A stretch of 36,391 nucleotides of DNA. It comes from a virus. Its lineage: Duplodnaviria > Caudoviricetes. Both the position numbers and the translations under genes were made by a program. The DNA lies in IMG/VR virus record IMGVR_UViG_3300037484_000989, positions 1 to 36,391 of that record; one strand, written 5' to 3'. The notes under the pieces were generated by a model. The model was not told the DNA's origin. It was given only the letters and a program-made list of their open reading frames with translations, and made no database searches. This document shows positions 34,678-36,391 of this stretch, piece by piece (the stretch's first letter is position 1; every line of letters begins with the position of its first letter).

Positions 34678-36321
34678 ATGCTAGAATTGAGGCCGTATCA
34701 GGAAGAATGCGTCAATTGTGTTGTTAATGCATATAAAGAAGGAGTAAGTAAGTATGAAGTAGTGGTGCTTCCAACCGGTGCAGGCAAAACATGCATCGCC
34801 TCTGTCCTCATCCATGAACTTCAAAAAGAGCATGGAATTAATGTGCTCTTTATAGCGCATAGAGACGAGTTGCTCATGCAAGCAATCGATAAGTTTCGCA
34901 TGGTAAGGCCTGACATGATCATCGGAAAGGTGGGAGCGGGTTCATGTGAGTATGGTGGTGAGGTCACAGTTGCCAGTATTCAGACAATATGTAGAGATAA
35001 ACATATCGAAAAGATGCAAAACATCGGATATGGCCTCATCATAGTTGATGAGGCGCATCATATTCAATCGCCATCGTACAAGAAAGTACTAGAGGCTCTT
35101 CCAGATGCATTTGTCCTGGGTGTCACAGCTACGCCTGAACGACTGGACAAAAAAGACATACTAAGGGGGCGCAAGCCTCTTTATGAGATTGACATTAGAA
35201 CAATGGCCAAAGACGGCTACCTCTGCAACTTCCGTGCAATAGCTATCCAGACACACATTAATATTGATAATGTGCGTAAATCCATGGGCGACTTTAACGA
35301 AGTCGAGCTTGATCGCGCTGTAAACGTACCAGAACGTAACCAGTTGATCGTATCTAAATATAAGGAATATGCCAATGAGAAGCGAGCAGCATGCTTCTGC
35401 GTGTCTGTAGAGCATGCCGAGATGATGTCCAGTGCATTCAGTGAAGCGGACATCGCTTCTGCTGTGATCAAAGGTTCGACTCCTTTAGAGGAGCGAGCCA
35501 GGATCTATGCAGCTTTTAAGTTAGGTGAAGTAAAAGTCCTCTGCTCTGTTATGGTGTTAACTGAAGGCTGGGACTCGCCAGAGTGCGAATGTATCATTAT
35601 GGCCCGTCCTACCCAATCACGTGGTTTATATATCCAGATGTGTGGTAGAGGACTTCGCTTATCTCCTGGGAAGCAGGAGTGTTTGATGCTCGATATAACG
35701 GACAACTGCACGAAACATAAAATGTATCCTCAGAACCTAAAACGCGCAATTGGCATGGAAAATATGCGCAATGGGGAAGATATGCTGTCCCTCCTTGAGC
35801 GTGAAGAGAAGGAGGAAAAGGAAATACAGGTCAGAATTCTTAAAGAAAAGAGATTAAAGGATAAACCTGTAGATCTGTTTAGTAGGTTCAATTGGAGTAC
35901 TAACGATAGCGGAGTGCACATTATGGAGGTAGGTCGAGAAAAGCACAAAATCGCTCTTATGCCGTCTAAGAGCGATCCCAATAACTTTTATGTGTGCGCC
36001 AAACTTGCGCATGAAAATGGCGCAAGGCAGATATGGACTGACGAGCCTCTTCCTCTTCCCCTTGCAAGGGGGGAAGCAGAGCGGCTCGCTGCTATCGTAC
36101 TGGATGACCCAAATGAGAGTACCTATCTCGTAGATCTGAATGCTGAATGGAGGAAACGACCAGCATCAGAGGCTCAATTGCAACTGATGTACTGGCAAGC
36201 CATTCCTGCTTCTAGAGGCATAACGGCAGGGCAAGCGTCAAAGCTAATTGACGCCCACAAGCAGAGCAACAAGCTTGCCAAGCAAGCCCGCAAAGAAGCC
36301 AGGCAAGCAGTTGGAGCTTAA
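34678..36321 (+). CDS. SF2 DEAH helicase (IRC3/UvsW-like)
   Basis: LRPYQ, PTGAGKT, DEAHH, TATP, LTEGWD.P, RPT.S..LY.QM.GRGLR. Confidence 0.95.
   Translation: MLELRPYQEECVNCVVNAYKEGVSKYEVVVLPTGAGKTCIASVLIHELQKEHGINVLFIAHRDELLMQAIDKFRMVRPDMIIGKVGAGSCEYGGEVTVASIQTICRDKHIEKMQNIGYGLIIVDEAHHIQSPSYKKVLEALPDAFVLGVTATPERLDKKDILRGRKPLYEIDIRTMAKDGYLCNFRAIAIQTHINIDNVRKSMGDFNEVELDRAVNVPERNQLIVSKYKEYANEKRAACFCVSVEHAEMMSSAFSEADIASAVIKGSTPLEERARIYAAFKLGEVKVLCSVMVLTEGWDSPECECIIMARPTQSRGLYIQMCGRGLRLSPGKQECLMLDITDNCTKHKMYPQNLKRAIGMENMRNGEDMLSLLEREEKEEKEIQVRILKEKRLKDKPVDLFSRFNWSTNDSGVHIMEVGREKHKIALMPSKSDPNNFYVCAKLAHENGARQIWTDEPLPLPLARGEAERLAAIVLDDPNESTYLVDLNAEWRKRPASEAQLQLMYWQAIPASRGITAGQASKLIDAHKQSNKLAKQARKEARQAVGA
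36058..36071. repeat. 14-bp palindrome copy 10 (perfect)
   Basis: Read directly; encodes PLARG. Confidence 0.95.
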
Positions 36322-36391
36322 GGCAATGAAACGCGTAGAATGTGGGGACGCCCGTATTGACAAACGGCATATTCACATTCTACACTTAAAG

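Overview
This window is most of a tailed, siphovirus-type, probably temperate phage genome. From left to right it holds: the 3' end of a tyrosine recombinase; terminase, portal, scaffold, decoration and capsid genes; the neck; two paralogous tail-tube genes; a frameshifted tail chaperone; the tape measure; a large tail-tip and fibre region; and a lysis cassette. An accessory and regulatory block follows, then a leftward early operon (Arc-like, BRO, HTH_17, Cas4-like nuclease, gp32-like SSB) and a rightward HTH plus SF2 helicase. The endolysin C-terminus hints at a Chloroflexota-like host (inference). Main signals: (1) the 14-bp palindrome CCCCTTGCAAGGGG occurs at least 10 times (5 perfect), in all three reading frames, over the endolysin RBS, and split into a terminator's arms. 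(2) A candidate ruler-templated fibre module: a DUF2341/LamG protein with about 42 x 14-aa repeats, a small beta-rich subunit, a possible chaperone and a BppU-like anchor. (3) A BRO antirepressor broken by a +1 insertion that exactly perfects an inverted repeat, near two more perfect 37-40 bp palindromes. (4) A GTTGC operator-like motif at the same position in four promoters. All family calls come from motif recognition by eye; no searches were run.
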